Program-made: the position numbers and the translations under genes
Source of the DNA: Macrostomum lignano
Taxonomy: Eukaryota
Direction: 5' to 3'
Assembly: GCA_002269645.1 (NCBI GenBank)
Contig: NIVC01002263.1
Coordinates: 124,001-188,000 of the forward strand
Length of the DNA: 64,000 bases
Notes under the pieces: generated by a model
Told to the model about the DNA's origin: nothing
The model's input: the letters and a program-made list of their open reading frames with translations, nothing else
Database searches by the model: none
Shown here: piece after piece, positions 21,451 through 64,000 of the stretch
Layout: every line of letters starts with the position of its first letter
Position numbering within the stretch: the first letter of the stretch is position 1

Positions 21451-22064
21451 TTGGCCCGTAGCTTACCAAAAACTACAATTGGTGCGGATTCATTTCAATA
21501 TTGCAACACTGTACTTTTGATTGCTCGTGTACCTGTGTAAGTCCCCAATTGTGCAACAATCAAGTTTACCTTTGATTTTCACTGTAGCTATGTAAGCAGT
21601 ATTGTTCTATGCTGTTTCGAGATAATGCATTTATTTTTAATTACAATATCTGCCTTTCCTTAATTCGAAGTTGGAAGTTGTAGCAAGATCTGCTCATGTA
21701 ATTGTAGTTTAGATATTTGAATATTTTTTAAACGCTATACAACACCCTGAACTCATTCTTAATTAATAACTCATGCCTTAACGATGACTATAATGAAAAT
21801 TCAATTTCAAATCTAAATGGTCCATAGAATCCAAGTCGATATATTAGTTGCTCGAAGCCTCAAGAGTGCCAAACGCAAATCATTAAAATGCTTTAGTCTA
21901 TGGCTCAACTGCAACCGCAGCTTGAACTGTCACGGCAAAGCGCAGCGGTTCGAATTGCGCGAGCAAGAGCGGCTCTGAACCATTTGTTAAACAACTAAGC
22001 GAGCGTGGCCGTCGCGGGCGGATCATCGTCATCAACCAAGTGTTGTAGTCTCAGGCAGAAAAGA

Positions 22065-22523
22065 ATGTGCAGCCTACCACAGCCGCCCTACCCGGCCATG
22101 TGTCCGGCGCCAGGCTTCTGTCCGCCCTACTCAGTCCGAGAGAACTGTTGCCCTCCTTGCGGCCCGTGCGGACCGAGCGGGCCCTGCGCCCCTTGCGGAC
22201 CCTGCGCACCTTGCGGACCCTGTGCACCTTGCGCCCCGTGCTGGATACCGAAGCCGCCCTGCGATCCTAGCGTCATGCCACAGATCCAGCTGTGCCCACC
22301 ACCGCCACCCCTCTGCGTGCCTCCCTGCCCGCCGCCGCCGTGCTTCGATTTCGTTTGCACCTTCCGACGACTACCGGACCTTTGTCCGACCTCCGACTGC
22401 TGCCGCATCAGCTACTCCAGGCCTGCGGGTTGCCCGCCTAGCGGAACGAGCTGCTGCCCTCCGCCTGCCTGCGCTCCGACGTACAGCGGATATGGCGGCT
22501 GCAGCAGTGGAACCTGCGGCTAA
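22065..22523 (+). CDS. Small Cys/Pro-rich protein (152 aa) with CGP/CAP tripeptide repeats
   Basis: ATG at 22065, in frame with the listed ORF. Sequence [32 protein letters not shown]. Varied codon use argues against a DNA satellite. AATAAA lies about 290 nt downstream. Confidence 0.75.
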   Translation: MCSLPQPPYPAMCPAPGFCPPYSVRENCCPPCGPCGPSGPCAPCGPCAPCGPCAPCAPCWIPKPPCDPSVMPQIQLCPPPPPLCVPPCPPPPCFDFVCTFRRLPDLCPTSDCCRISYSRPAGCPPSGTSCCPPPACAPTYSGYGGCSSGTCG

Positions 22524-24629
22524 CTAACAGCAGCCGACTGACGGCATGCTCTGACACGTGATATTGGCACCGATGCCTGCGCTATAATCTCTTTGTTTCG
22601 CCTCCCGATGAATTCGGCTTAGATGCAGCTACTACGAGTATAGACATAAACTGTATGCGGTTACGTATTCACCTGTACGCGTACCCGATTGTTTAAACCC
22701 CTATATTTTAGCCGCGCTACGCTTTGCACGCACAAGAATACACTATAATTATGTTGTTTATTTAGGATGCAGTGTTGCCTCTCGGACAACCATTTTGTAC
22801 GCTCAAAGAAACTCTAATAAAAATGCGAATAACTTGCTAATCAAAATATTTGAAGCTGGGAAGTTACAATACTTCCAAAGTCGCTCGCAAGCCGACAAGT
22901 TCCTTGGCGAGAAGTTCCAAAATAAGCTTCAATTTCCATGCATAGCGCTCTGTGTGCGTACCACGAGACTCTAAACCTTCTATGCTCCACAATGAAGAAC
23001 CGAAACCTATTAGGATGCAAATGGAATAGCTAGTACTAGCTTCGAACGTCTTGAACTTTAGATAGATAAAATAATTGCAGTTTCGATAGGATCATAAATT
23101 TGTCTTTATATGGGTTTTTGATGGTGCTGATTTCTAATTTGAGTTTCCTTTGTGCCAACCACCGGGGCATGGGGAATTGGGGGTTTTGGGTGGGGAGATT
23201 CTTCATGGGGATTGATTTTACCTACCTAAACTTCCATAGAGGCATGGGGGTAGATCAATTCTGAGACAAGGGCAGGGCGGTCCAGGGGGGTCCACGGGGG
23301 CTCAATGACCAGCAACTGGGGCATGGGGAATGGGCAATGGGGAATTTTTTGAAGTTTTTTTGCTTTATCACCATTTTGGAGACCCCCTAAGTGTTTGGCA
23401 AAAGTTTCAGAAAAATCTGCAAATCGGAAGTATTTTACGTACCTAATGTTCAAGAAGTCCGTAGCTTCTAAGGCGCTTTCAAATATAACAAATAAAGCAA
23501 ATTCTTGATTTCAACTGCATGGCCTCCAAAAAGGAGACTATACAGACATTAGATCTATCCATCTCTGCAAGTTTGATGCTGACTTAACCCACCCATTCAC
23601 TGAATGACGTGTGATTACATGCTCGAAATGCTGCGTGATCATTTACATTTCTCGGGGAAAGCCTCCTTAGAAATGTGTTAAACCCTATATGGTACAAGCG
23701 GACTAAAAACACGCTCGTATCCCGCCTTAATTCCAACTAGAAAGAAATCGACAATAACACTAGTCCATATACTAAAAATGGTCTGTCGGTAGGTATCTAT
23801 CTAGGTAGGTATGTGATCGTAAAACTTACTTGTAAGTAAACAAGTAAGTGAAATTTACTTTTGTTAGAGCGAGAAGGAAGCTTGAGTCCAATCCAATCTA
23901 AAAAGTTCAGCAAACGTATTCGAATGCACTTTCTACGAGTAATACAATGAACTCAAAGTCGACATTCTCCTCTCGAATGCACACAGCATCCCAAGTAAGA
24001 GTTTTCCTAGAGCACCCGTATTTGAAATGAAAAACGAGGCGAAAAAACCAACTATGGTTTGACTGATTGATATGGTATTTGAAATCAAATTTCAATCAAG
24101 CTGGATGTTTCGTTCAGTTTTAAAACGCTTTTTATGCTCGTGTGATTCAAACAAAACAAAATGCATAAATTTCCATAGATGAATCAAAAGTTTGCTAAGC
24201 ATTTTGATAGCTTCAAATCTAAATTCGTCTGCAAAAAAGTAAGAATACTTTCACTATGCATTCCTAGATATTCGGATACCTGAATCCTATTCAATCAATT
24301 ATTGTGCTAGAAAAAACTCTCCAGTGTGAAGGCTGTACGCTCAATTTATATAAATTAGCACATACACTGTAAAAGCGCATTGGGAATTCACTAAAAAAGA
24401 GCCAACCAACAAAGGCCAGGCTACCGCATTCTACGTCTAAACGAAAAATTAAACTAATAACGTCCAGTTTCACCCTCGAAAAAGCGCTGGTCGACCAGTT
24501 ACTTAGCAAACGTTCCCAGAAAGCAGTCCGGCCATTGTAACATAACTTTTAGGGTATTCTACGCCTAAACAAAGCAAATTGCAGAAGTACCATCCAGTTT
24601 CATTCTCACAAAAGCACTGGGTCGATCAG

Positions 24630-30831
<6,202 letters not shown>

Positions 30832-31344
30832 TGCTTTCAGCAGATTTTGCGAAGAAGAAATCTTTGTCGGTTTTACTCACTCGTCTTAGCTCATGAGGCT
30901 GTGAATAAATGAATGATTGAAAAAATCTGGGGGCTTGTGAATGGGCGAATCTAGTCATTTATACACTGCTGTAGGGGAAGCCGCAACTTTTATCTCTCGA
31001 ATTGCATTCGGATGGCGCAATCCGTGAAAGCGAGCCCTACAGGCTGGTGTTTATCTAATCATGACCTCAGCCAGGCGCAATGCTACAGGTTAGACCGAGA
31101 GACTACATGTAGAGTCATAGAAAAAGCAAGCATGCACTGAGTGCCGTAGTGAAGTGACTCTTCCTCTTCTCGGGATTCGAGTTTCCGATACGATTAGTGA
31201 TTATTAAGTATGCATCAAACGCAACCTTGTTGGCTTAACTTCTCATGTCGGTATTTTTCCTGACTTGTGTATAATGCGTTGCAGTATACGAGAAAATCAG
31301 ATAGAGATAGCGGACCATTGACTGCATCTACGTAGCTTCCATTG

Positions 31345-31500
31345 GGACCCTTAACACAGTTCACAGTTTCCATGGTTCATACGGTTCACAGTTTTTATAA
31401 GGTCCCTTAACACGATTCACAGTTGTTATAAGGGCCCTTAACACGGTTCACAGCTTCCATAAGGTCCGTTAACACTGTTTACAGCTTCCGTAGGGTCTCT
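31345..31500. repeat. Short degenerate ~31-bp tandem repeat
   Basis: About 5 units of cccttaacacggttcacagcttccataaggt. Confidence 0.8.
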
Positions 31501-33782
31501 TAGTCTTGTCTTAGCACATTGCATTTAGTTACAGTAGCGAAAAGACTGAGTATTTAATAAATTTGAGGCTATTTTAATAATTTGAAAAATCAGGGGGCAA
31601 ATTGAAAAGCGAATAAGTCAGTTAAAATGAATACCGAGAGTTCACTTACCCAGAGTAGAATCAGTAGGCCAGCACCTAGCAGTCGAATTTCGTCAGTTAG
31701 GAGCAAAAAATTATTAAATAAATGCAGGCTTAATGACTGTCCATTTCAAAATCTTTGCATTGCAATCGCTCTTTCATTCACGCAGTAAAAGAGAAAGCAA
31801 GATCTCTATCTCCAGGGTTGATAAGGTATAAGAGCAGCGATTAAGCAAGAGAGAATTAACTTATAGCGTCTTAACCTAAAAAAATAGACTGATGAATGGT
31901 CGAATAAGTACGCGAAAAATGTTGACACAGAGACGAGACTGTAAAGGTCTTACACTCCGATAGAGGGAGGGATCACGCAAAACTAAGTGTACGCGCAATC
32001 TTGTAGAACTGAGCGAAACCCCCTCCCCCCATTTCGTCTGCCCTCCGCCCCCACCCCCCTCCCACAACCCGCCCAACGAGGGAGTGTACTCTATGTAGAT
32101 TGGTCCACTGGGGTTAGAAAAACCATCGGGAGCGGCCAGGGACGCAATGTACATATTTGAGCGGGCATAAAGCAAATAGGTTGGTTCACTTGTGCGCTTA
32201 GATGCTTCCAACGTGGCGTTTCAATGGTTTCATGTAGGCTACTGATTAAAAGTAGCACACACTGATTAAAATTCAATAAGTACACTGTGCACTTTAAAAT
32301 AAAGCTGGTCGACACCTGTACACTAGGATCGAGGAACACCGCAAGAAGGCTAGCGCGACTCATAACCATCTGCTAATGTGCAACGCGTGTGCCGACATCA
32401 AACATGATCAAAAGTTTAAAATTATTGATTGGATTCAGCACCACCACAAACTAAATGTTTTGTAAGCCCTGTACACCAAACAGTTAAAGCCTACCTGAAT
32501 GTACAACTGACAGGAAGGGGGGCTAGTACTATTCTTAGAATTTTTTACTATTCTACGGCTACTTAAACCAGAAGTAGTATATACGAAAAACCAGACGAAA
32601 TATCGATCTGATCCTAGACTGGATTTCGCACGTCTTGCGTTCACTTGCGTGACATCGAGTTAAATGTTTACTTTTCAATTTTAACCCCATATGCTCCTGA
32701 GGCTGCAAACCGCAAGGAAAGAAATGAAATTTAATTAAATTTAAGCGACACTGCCCAGACAAACTACTGAAAAAGAGCCTACGCTCTGAATTTTTTACAA
32801 CTTTAATTGCAAGTTGACGTGACACATCCATCGTGCAGTTATTCTAGTATCCGTGGCACCAGCTGAAGGGGGTTGGGCAATGGCCCCCTGGCCAACCCCC
32901 TGGATCCACCAGTTGTTTTGACTCAAAATGACTCTTAACTTCTTTAGTTTATGCTGAAAATGATAAATATCAACAAAATTGGCTACCCAGCGGGCTATCC
33001 ATAAAGTCTTGGATAAATAGCTGATGCGCATTTTGTAGATAAAAATTACGAACGCAACGTGATTTTTTGATGCACAGTACATGCATAGCATAAAAAATGA
33101 ACAATAGCGAAACCTTAACTAGCTAATGCACTGAAAGAGGGTTACACATCTTATATATTTAATTCATACGATTATGCAGACAGTACCTGATTCACAAAAT
33201 CTCAGCTAGAACAATCGTTGCAAAGAACCATCCATACGAGCTCGTAGCTGCCATCGTGAACAGTCGAGTTCTTTGCCGTTTCTTCAACCGAAAACGCGGT
33301 TTTTGTCCACGCCACAGAAACATAGCAATAAAAATATTAAATATTGAGCGTTAAAAATGATTAAGCATTAAGCAATTTGTCTGCTAGCACACACACCTTC
33401 AACACGTAAGGAGTGCCACAGATGTACTCATGTCCTTTTACTTATTCAATACTAACTGGAACATCGTCAAACAATTGTCCAGAAGCTAAATCAGGAGGCC
33501 ATTAGATTTCTCACTTCGTTATCTCATTTCCTTTGCCAATTTTTAGCTCTAGTCTACATAAATTTCCGTCGTTCACATTAATCACAAGTGTATTATGAAA
33601 AACGATTCGCAAAGGAAGCTGTGTGCCCATGATATTTGATCAAGGATTGCTGCCCGTAAATCCCAAAGCAGATACGGATCAGACACCGTAAAAGCTATAG
33701 CTATTTCAGTTAAAATAAGCGCTCAAAAAGTATTCCAATTCTTTAGGACAACTGGAAAAGATTTCGAACTAAAAATCCTGAA

Positions 33783-41232
<7,450 letters not shown>

Positions 41233-42809
41233 TTTCTATTGAAAGAAAAACTCAGTAGCTAGTTTTTTGGTATCAATATAATGAAATATTTTCTAGAGCT
41301 ACAATGGACAGCATAGGAAATTTTTGGTACGTTCGTAGCAATTATACACATTTACTCGTATTTTTATATTTACATTACTACATTTACATTACTTAATTAT
41401 ATTTACTCGTATAAGCTTTTTTATATGCGGATAGCCGTTCTTCCTAAAGCTTCTGATATAGATTTTTGCGAAAGCACAACTTGTAGCCGCTTCACAAGTT
41501 GACCATTTTGCATGCGCACACGTCGTCTAAACGTTGAGTTTCTGGGTATAAAAAAGAGAGAGAGAGAGAGAGAGAAAGAGGGGAAACCCTGAAAACCCTG
41601 TTGTACTGAAAAATCAGCAACTGTACACTTGTACACTGCCATTTTCCTTAGCTCTATGCATATTCTTACCTCTCCCCCCTTATTCTTTTCTGAGCTATTT
41701 TCGTTCATGTAGCCTAATTGTATATTAGCTTCATATATAATATGCCTATAGAGCAATGTAATAAGAATTTTAAAAGAATTTTATTCTATGTAAAAAGGGA
41801 GAAAGTTTTAAAGTATAGAGTTTGAAAAAGTCGAAAGAAGTAGGTAAGACAACTGTATAGTTTGTTTGAAGACTCAACACTGTGGGTCTTGAAACAACGT
41901 AAATAAGGCCCGAAGCATTTAACGCTTGATGGTTTAAGATAACACACGTACTATGCACAGGAGAAAGGGTCACAAGTGACAACGCTCAAATAAAAAAATG
42001 GTCAGTAAAGTCAATAGGCAATACGCTCGTAAGACTCAGTGTACACTCGCTGAGTCATAGACTATGCGACAGAAAAGCAATTTCTAAGCAGCAGGTGTAA
42101 GGATAAGGATAATCATTGCATGCGAATCAGCCCTTTGCTGCGAAAATTTTGGTTTTATACTCGGCAACAGCTAAAATGCCAAGTGCAGTACCGTGCGTAG
42201 GAACCGCGAGCATGCAAAAGTGCCATTACTCGTCGTGGCATTCTAATCAACATTATATTTGCTGATGAACACTTAGGGCAGCTGCTGCCAGACATTTAGG
42301 ACCGCCAGTTGCAACAGTTCAGCATTCGGCGGGTCAACCCTGTTGAACGCTTAGCCTTACGAAGTCCCAAACATGCTCGACATGTGTGGACGTGTCTGGA
42401 GACTTTGAACTGTGGGTTTCGCTGCGGCAACCCCCAAGTTCCCCCATGCCGCATGCCGCACTTTGCGCTGGCGTCCGGCGGCGGCAGCCTTCGCTCATTT
42501 CTGAAAAAATAACAAAACCTCTTCATTTACCGATAGCCTGCAAAACTTTTCGGCCGTTTAGCAGCTTGAGTGAGGGGGGAGGGGGTTAGCTGTGCCGAGT
42601 ATAGATAAGAAATTGCTAAAAATGAAAAAAGTGAATCGTAAGACAGGAGATTGACTACAAACAGCTCACCTAGAAAGAATGAACTAAATGCCTTAACCAA
42701 AAGGAAAGATTAATTAAAGGTGACGACGAAAATAAAGAACGTTTGGAACTGCTTAAACTGCAAGCTAAAAATTCTCAGATCTGAAAAATTGCAACAGCAC
42801 CGAAAGAAA

Positions 42810-59528
<16,719 letters not shown>

Positions 59529-60265
59529 CTGATCGACCCAGTGCTTTTGTGAGAATGAAACTGGATCGTATTTCTGCAATGTGCTATGTTTAGACGTACA
59601 ACGACTTACAAAGTTATGTAGAGTTTTTGAGTTATATATTGTAGAAAGTGTCTGATTTTTCAATATTAGCGTAGAACTTCTAAAGTTGACAAATATTTGC
59701 TTTGAACTGGATAGAACTGTAGTATGGTATTTAAAATATAAGCAGTCCGCACAGCAATGCCAATAATCTTTGGAAGCCAAGTTACGAGCTAACCTATTAA
59801 TATATAGCCTGAAAATCTTCCTAACAAAGCCTTAAAGTCGTCTGTATCGTTTCAAAATGTTGTTAAAATCGCTGAAACTCGTGCTTTGGTGCTTATTTTG
59901 GTTGAAAACTTTCAAATTCCATTTACGATTTGACTGATCGTCTCTTCAGTTGCTATTCGTTTTGGCTGTCATTCTTTGCAGCGCATTGAAAGTGCCTCCT
60001 GTAATTTTTTATACTGTCATGATGGCTACTTATATGGAGCACAAGGCTATTTAGTTGTCAGTCAATGGGAGTTTAGGGGCATGGTCTTGCTTGCGGCCAA
60101 GCCAAATCGAGCGCTTGTATTTCGGAACTGAAAGAAGGCATCCACACTGAAAGATGGTATTGATATACTAGCTTACAACTCGAAGGATTAACAAAGTTTG
60201 GACATAGACACAGTTTAAGCACATACGTATTGGCTGCATTAACGGATCATTAGGCATAACATATA

Positions 60266-61494
60266 CACCATTTTACCTCCTATTTTGAACAAAGTCTTGT
60301 TCAAAAGAAACAAGCAGAACTTCAATTCAAACACTTTAGGAAATATCAGCTCTTGCGGAAATTCAATTCAAACAAAGTCCCTTTCTATTGAAACAGAAGA
60401 ACTTCAATTCAGACTGTCTGTGGCCAAAATTGTCCCCGAGTGACGCGCATGCGCAGATTTGAAATTCAAATGAAACAAAGTCACCTATTTCGACAGAGAT
60501 TTTCGCACATAGGTACAAGTACATTTTAGTACATTAATCTAACTTTTTTGTTTTTCCTGTACTGCATAACTGTACAATCGTTGCGCAATAAGAAACGATA
60601 TGAATGCTGAAGATCAGATTGAAGAAGACGATGAATTGCTGGAAGAAGATGGAATCGATGAATTTGAAGCAGAATTCGATGAAGATATCATGGAACAGCA
60701 GCCTCGGCAGTGCACTATTGTTTAAGCAACAGTGACGAGACCGTATCATCAGGGCTGCTGATCGTGGGGATGACTTGTGGAACTGGCGCGCCAACTTGGA
60801 GTCAAGAGGTCAACAGCGAACACGATCGTGAGGTCAGGGAGAGCAGAAAAGCAGCCTACGAGATTCCGGACAGGCGGACACCATTCAGGTCAAGTGGCTT
60901 CCACCATACAGTCCATTTTTTAGTCCTGTGGAGAACTCAATCTCCTGTTGGAAGGACACTCTGAAGAGAAAACTGGCAGCAGACCAGCAAAATTTCATCC
61001 CTCCGACAGCTGAGCAGCACGGCAATCAGTCAACGGCGGCCTATCGGCGAGACATTCTGTACAACATGGTGGACAGAACCATTGGCTGCATCTCTGTGGA
61101 CAAATGCATTGAGTGGTTCAACCATATGTTTACATACGTCCCTCGCTGCGTTGGTGGACAGGCAATTGATGGTCAGGTGTCTCAAGTTGGCCAACTGACA
61201 CTGTCTTGTTCCTGTTTTTCATTCTACTCTTATGTTCGTCGATATGCTGTGTTTTATCCCTCTGTCGAAATAGAATGTGACTTTGTTTCTTTTGAATTTC
61301 AAATCTGCGCATGCGCGTCACTCGGGACAATTTTGGCCACAGACAGTCTGAATTGAAGTTCTTCTGTTTCAATAGAAAGGGACTTTGTTTGAATTGAACT
61401 TCCGCAAGGGCTGATATTTCTTAAAGTGTTTGAATTGAAGTTCTGCTTGTTTCTTTTGAACAAGACTTTGTTCAAAATAGGAGGTAAAATGGTG
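60266..61494 (+). mobile_element. Tc1/mariner (IS630-Tc1) DNA transposon, internally deleted and non-autonomous
   Basis: About 235-bp TIRs (CACCATTTTACC.../...GGTAAAATGGTG) with TA TSD. Remnant HTH ELARQLGVKRSTANTIVR is joined to the DDE C-terminal motif WLPPYSPFFSPVENSISCWK. The central catalytic region is absent and the frame is broken. Confidence 0.9.
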
Positions 61495-62461
61495 TACTTC
61501 AAAAGTAAGCGCCTTAGCTGTGTGCTTCGGACAGCACTGTCTTTGCGATAATTAAAAAACTTATTTTGGCAGACGCATCGTAACAATTAACACATAATTA
61601 ACCAATCAGACCCCAACAGCAAAAGAGACGGACAGCAGGCAGGCAAAAGTCTATGGCACGAAGCAGCGCTAGAGGTGGGGAAAGCGACCCCTTGGAAACG
61701 ACAGTTTTATGTGGCTAATTTCACGCAAGGTAATTGGCAAAGAACATAAGAAATAAACAGGCAAACAAACGAGAATAAAATAGGAGTTAAGAAAAATTTT
61801 AGCTGCAACGTCAGAGCACAGAGGGTGGCGCGCAGGTAAATAAGCGGGTGAGCAACCCCCCACCCCCCCCACAGAGGGGTAGAGAGGACGGCGCACAAAG
61901 GCGCACACAGTACAGCGCGAGGAGGGGTGGATGGCTAACACCCATTTCACTCCAGGCTCACAAAAGGAGCCCTAATAGAAATGGAGGCATTCAACAACTT
62001 TCTGCTTATTAGGAAGTGCGTTAGATAACTTCATTGGACTTTGCTGAACCGGCAGCCGTTCAATTCGGTCACGTAGCTGCAGTAAGGAAGCTGCTGGCTG
62101 CATCAAGATGAAGATTCTCACTTGTTTTACCTGTGGCTCTATTATAGTGGCACATCCTCCTCAGTAGTGAGTGAGCAGCTTTTCACACATATAACGGTCT
62201 CAAGCGAACCTCGTATAGGTCCTACAGTCCCAAGAAGACAAACTTTTACTGAAAATACGGAAGCTCAATTTAAAACAAGTCGTTCTCAAGCTTTTTGGGG
62301 TATGGCGGCCTGTGAAAATGTTTTTGGAAACGGAAGGCCGCTTGATATTGGTTTATGTTGTCAAACCAAGTTTGGAATAGTTTGTATTATTTTCTAGTTT
62401 GGAAAGCAGTAATGGTGCTACTGGTTGCCACAAAGTCTGGGATTTTGTGTTTTTTTCACTA

Positions 62462-62695
62462 GGGCTGTTGCAGCCTGGAGGTTTGAGCGGCGGACTCACG
62501 AGTGAAAGGTAGGAGTTTGATACTCAAACCAGTGCGAACAATTTGTGTCCTTGAGCAAAACAGCTATAAAATGGGTGCCAGCATTAGATGGGTAATTGAG
62601 TGTAAATGGCGACCCCCAGTCCTTGTCGAGCTTTCAGATGCGCCGCGCAATAGCTGCGGCTGAGCTGTCGGTTGCACATCTGCACAGTAGGGCAG
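62462..62695 (+). mobile_element. CORE-SINE copy 3, diverged, with an internal deletion in the CORE
   Basis: Shares ggactcacga, aacaatttgtgtccttgagcaa, taaaatgggtgccagcattag and the 3' tail ttcagatgcgccgcgcaatagctg..gctgagctgtcggttgcacatctgc with copy 1. Confidence 0.8.
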
Positions 62696-63718
62696 TTGTA
62701 AAAAAATCACCAAGCTGACACAACTGCATGTTCTCAATTGCGCTTCTCAATCAAACTGGATCTAATGTATCCATCTTAGTTATCCATTACCAAGCAAATC
62801 AAAGACCTGTTAGATTATTCCTGTTAGAATTCCTGTTAGAATATTCCTGTTAGAATCTGCAAGCAAACGTGAAGGTTAAGTTTCAAGATTGTGATACTGA
62901 TTTTTCTTGCTCTAAATTTTTTATCTCTGTACCTGATTAATTGTTTTATTACAAAATATGAAGCCTATTTCAATTACTTTCGTCATTAATCAACTGTTTT
63001 GAGATATCTAAATACTACAGGTTCGCTGTAATATGTACGCTGTTGAATAGCACCAGTAGTGCGGTCGTAAGTGCATTCTAGAATTAGAAACGTTTGGCCC
63101 AAAAAAGAGCACACTGTACAGTGTACATAATTTGTTACTGCTTACGAGCGTATATGCTCTTTCACACGCATTTTACCTTGTTAGTATGCACCATAATGCC
63201 GGTTCACCTTACCACCAGTACATAGGCTAAATCGAAATTACTCAAATCAGTTTTCAAATGGGTCCTAACCGACTGTACATTGTTTTGAGCAATCTTTGGC
63301 CCGCGTACGAGCTCGTAGTTACTAGCGGTAATGTGAACCAGCCTCTAGAGAATCTTTGAACAAAATATTTTATATGTGATGACCTGGCGTGGCGGTTGCG
63401 TATGCACTTTTCTTCTTCATCTTTTCTTACCCTCACTGCACTTCGATCACTTCGATCCGGAGCCCAAAAGATCGAGCCAGGCTTATTTCTACACCTGGAC
63501 CTGTCCGATCGATTGCCTATGTTTATGAACCGATTTCCGATTTTCGCGCAGATCTGCGCAGACTGGCGCAGCACTGCATCTTTAGCAGAAGCCCAACTGA
63601 TATGCTCAGAGACAGGCAGACAGGCGCTCGGAATCGCTGACGACAACATTCCAGCGGAGGCTGCTTTCGAAGCCAACACAAAACCAAAATACACTGTTGG
63701 GGTCTTTAGAAAGCAGCG

Positions 63719-64000
63719 TCACAGGATGCATGTCTGGACCAGGTCGCGAACGAAGGCCACGCCGCCACCGAATCCGGGGCATCAGCGTCAGCCTGCAGGC
63801 AGTTGATTGTACGAGCCAGTCCCCGCCAGGGTGCCTGCAGCGTCAGCAGCAGCACCTCCTGCACGCGCTATGGGCAGTACGACTCGGCGCGGATGATGCG
63901 GTCTGCCAGCTGAAGTCGCCGATGGCGCAGCAGCAGCGTGCTCTGCGTCTACTTGTTGCTCAAGCGAGTTCGTCAGGATCCAAGTCTCAGCGTTGCACAG
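63719..64000 (-). mobile_element. Degenerate 3' fragment of an RTE-clade LINE, cut by the window edge
   Basis: Minus strand reads LCNAETWILTNSLEQQVDA (cf. RTE LYGAETWTL), then IIRAESYCP*..QEVLLLTLQAP with frameshifts. Confidence 0.65.

Noticed and set aside
31645-31690. First coding exon of ABCC copy A near 31650 (ctctgg|gtaagt)
   Set aside because: A better exon 1, homologous to those of copies B and C, lies at 30831-30790. This site could at most be a 5' UTR exon.
63396-63806. 136-aa plus-strand ORF as a gene
   Set aside because: No motif recognised, and its 3' end runs into the RTE fragment; cannot be supported without transcript data.

Overview
Eukaryotic (animal) genomic DNA with spliceosomal introns, GC-rich exons and many micro/minisatellites. 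The overall style suggests a free-living flatworm such as Macrostomum, but that is an inference. Host genes: an intronless DEG/ENaC channel (2397-4613); a spliced single-pass membrane protein gene not visible in the ORF track (10764-~15482); an SLC49A4/DIRC2-like MFS transporter (17643-21450); a short Cys/Pro-rich ORF with CGP repeats (22065-22523); and three full-length ABCC/MRP1-type exporters (A 24630-30831 -, B 33783-41232 -, C 42810-59528 +) with patchwork identity suggesting gene conversion. Copy C carries a 10.5 kb Ty3/Gypsy LTR retrotransposon in antisense within a small intron (46959-57460; AGGT TSD; near-identical 1.2 kb LTRs). The most striking observation is in this element. Directly after a canonical -1 frameshift signal at the end of gag, the pol frame encodes a 70-aa cold-shock-domain-like sequence (RNP1 RGYGFL, RNP2 IFFH), then a long coiled coil, and only then the protease. 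The element also has a repeat-spacer array and a duplicated polypurine tract in its 3' UTR. Other mobile DNA: three tRNA-headed CORE-SINEs, a Tc1/mariner deletion derivative, a MITE and two LINE 3' fragments. All alignments and translations were done by eye; no database searches were run.
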